Shown here: positions 63,203 to 64,000 of the stretch, piece by piece
Numbering within the stretch: position 1 is the stretch's first letter
Layout of the letters: each line of letters starts with the position of its first letter
Assembly: GCA_937890485.1 (NCBI GenBank)
Contig: CALBXN010000010.1
Location: 1,178-65,177, forward strand
DNA length: 64,000 bases
Reading direction: 5' to 3'
Source: an uncultured Treponema sp.
GTDB taxonomy: Bacteria; Spirochaetota; Spirochaetia; Treponematales; Treponemataceae
Translations under genes and position numbers: made by a program
The notes under the pieces: model-generated
Seen by the model: only the letters and a program-made list of their open reading frames with translations
What the model was told of the DNA's origin: nothing
Database searches by the model: none

Positions 63203-64000
63203 ATGAAAGTTGTTAATCGTGGTTATAAGTTTAAAATCATTCCGACACAAGAACAAAAAGACTTCTTTTTGCAGTCATTCGGCTGTGCAAGAAAAATCTA
63301 TAATCTTTATGTGAACGAATTGTATGAAAAACTTGAAAAGTCAGGTTATCAGAATGGACTGATAAAGAAATCTGATTTGCATTTGAGCAAATACACTGAT
63401 TTTGTAAAAGAATATGAATTTATGAAAAAAGTGGATTCGCAATGTTTATCAAGTGCAAAGATGGATTTTAATAATGCAATTCAGAAATTTAATACTGAAT
63501 ATGATAGGAAGACTTATACAAAAAGAAGTAGAAAAAGAGAAAAGACATTAGGCATTAAACCCACTTTTAAGGACTTGAAGGGTATGCCGAATTTTAAAAG
63601 CATAAAGAAAAATAATTTTTCGTACAGAACATACAATCAGTCTTGTGGCGGGAAATGGAATTTAATCACGCTTGTCGATTTAATGTTGAAAATCCCAAAA
63701 GTAAAAACCATGATTAAAGTCAAACAACACCGACCACTTCCTGATGGCTGTATTATTAAAAACTGTACTATTTCAATGGACGGCAAAGGTATATTTTATG
63801 CAAGCCTCTGTGTTGAATATGAAATAGAGGAAAAACAGACACCATCCAATAAGGTTCTCGGACTTGATTATTCCCAGCATGATTTTTATGTGGACAGCAA
63901 TGGTAAGAAAGCCAATTACCCACATTACTACAGAAAATCAGAAGAAAAACTGAAGAAACTGCAAAAAGAATTATCAAGAAAAGAATTAAAATCAAACAAT
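63203..64000 (+). CDS. tnpB: TnpB (IS605 OrfB, RuvC-like RNA-guided nuclease family), 3' partial
   Basis: Hand-translated; open for 266 codons to the window edge. YKFKIIPTQEQKDFFLQSFGCARKIYN N-terminus and the RuvC-I motif VLGLDYS. SD GGAGGTGAG. Confidence 0.85.
   Translation, partial: MKVVNRGYKFKIIPTQEQKDFFLQSFGCARKIYNLYVNELYEKLEKSGYQNGLIKKSDLHLSKYTDFVKEYEFMKKVDSQCLSSAKMDFNNAIQKFNTEYDRKTYTKRSRKREKTLGIKPTFKDLKGMPNFKSIKKNNFSYRTYNQSCGGKWNLITLVDLMLKIPKVKTMIKVKQHRPLPDGCIIKNCTISMDGKGIFYASLCVEYEIEEKQTPSNKVLGLDYSQHDFYVDSNGKKANYPHYYRKSEEKLKKLQKELSRKELKSNN

Larger units (their letters stand above)
62735..64000 (+). mobile_element. IS200/IS605-family insertion sequence (tnpA + tnpB), right end beyond the window
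   Basis: Subterminal left-end hairpin CCACTA-N11-TAGTGG (62735-62757), followed by Y1 transposase and TnpB genes. Confidence 0.8.

Overview
The window reads as an early/middle (non-structural) region of a large, low-GC, Firmicutes-type bacteriophage or prophage. About 125 tightly packed genes lie on the + strand; one convincing gene (an XRE repressor) is on the - strand. Nearly every gene has a strong GGAGG/GGAGGTGAT-type Shine-Dalgarno sequence. No capsid, tail or lysis genes and no integrase were recognised.

Recognisable content, in order:
- A 5'-truncated Mrr-like nuclease, then a MazF toxin locus controlled by a divergent XRE repressor with three identical palindromic operators.
- A perfect Firmicutes LexA (Cheo) box and a consensus promoter, followed by two tRNAs (Gln-UUG, Met/Ile2-CAU).
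- A regulatory block (HTH, sigma-like factor), then DUF262 and ParB-like proteins.
- Three paralogous AP2-type homing-endonuclease-like genes and two GIY-YIG paralogs.
- A small-alarmone-hydrolase-like HD protein.
- A DNA-modification cluster: Mom-like protein, Dam-like methyltransferase and an N4/N6 methyltransferase.
- A self-contained accessory cassette: P2-type (Ca2+-like) P-type ATPase, three TerD paralogs, a membrane-anchored PspA-like protein and a 30-aa membrane peptide.
- An ATP-dependent DNA ligase and a LemA membrane module.
- A complete replication module: SSB-like protein, Sak4-like ATPase, DnaB, DnaG-like primase, Cas4-like nuclease, HD hydrolase, DnaE-type Pol III alpha and a RecD2-like helicase.
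- An IS200/IS605 element (tnpA plus 3'-truncated tnpB) at the right edge.

The observations most worth follow-up are the ATPase/TerD/PspA cassette, a recurrent intergenic sequence cassette upstream of many genes, a 440-nt highly structured non-coding region ahead of the Mom-like gene, and the atypical MazF locus.

All calls rest on reading motifs in the supplied translations and DNA. No database search was run.
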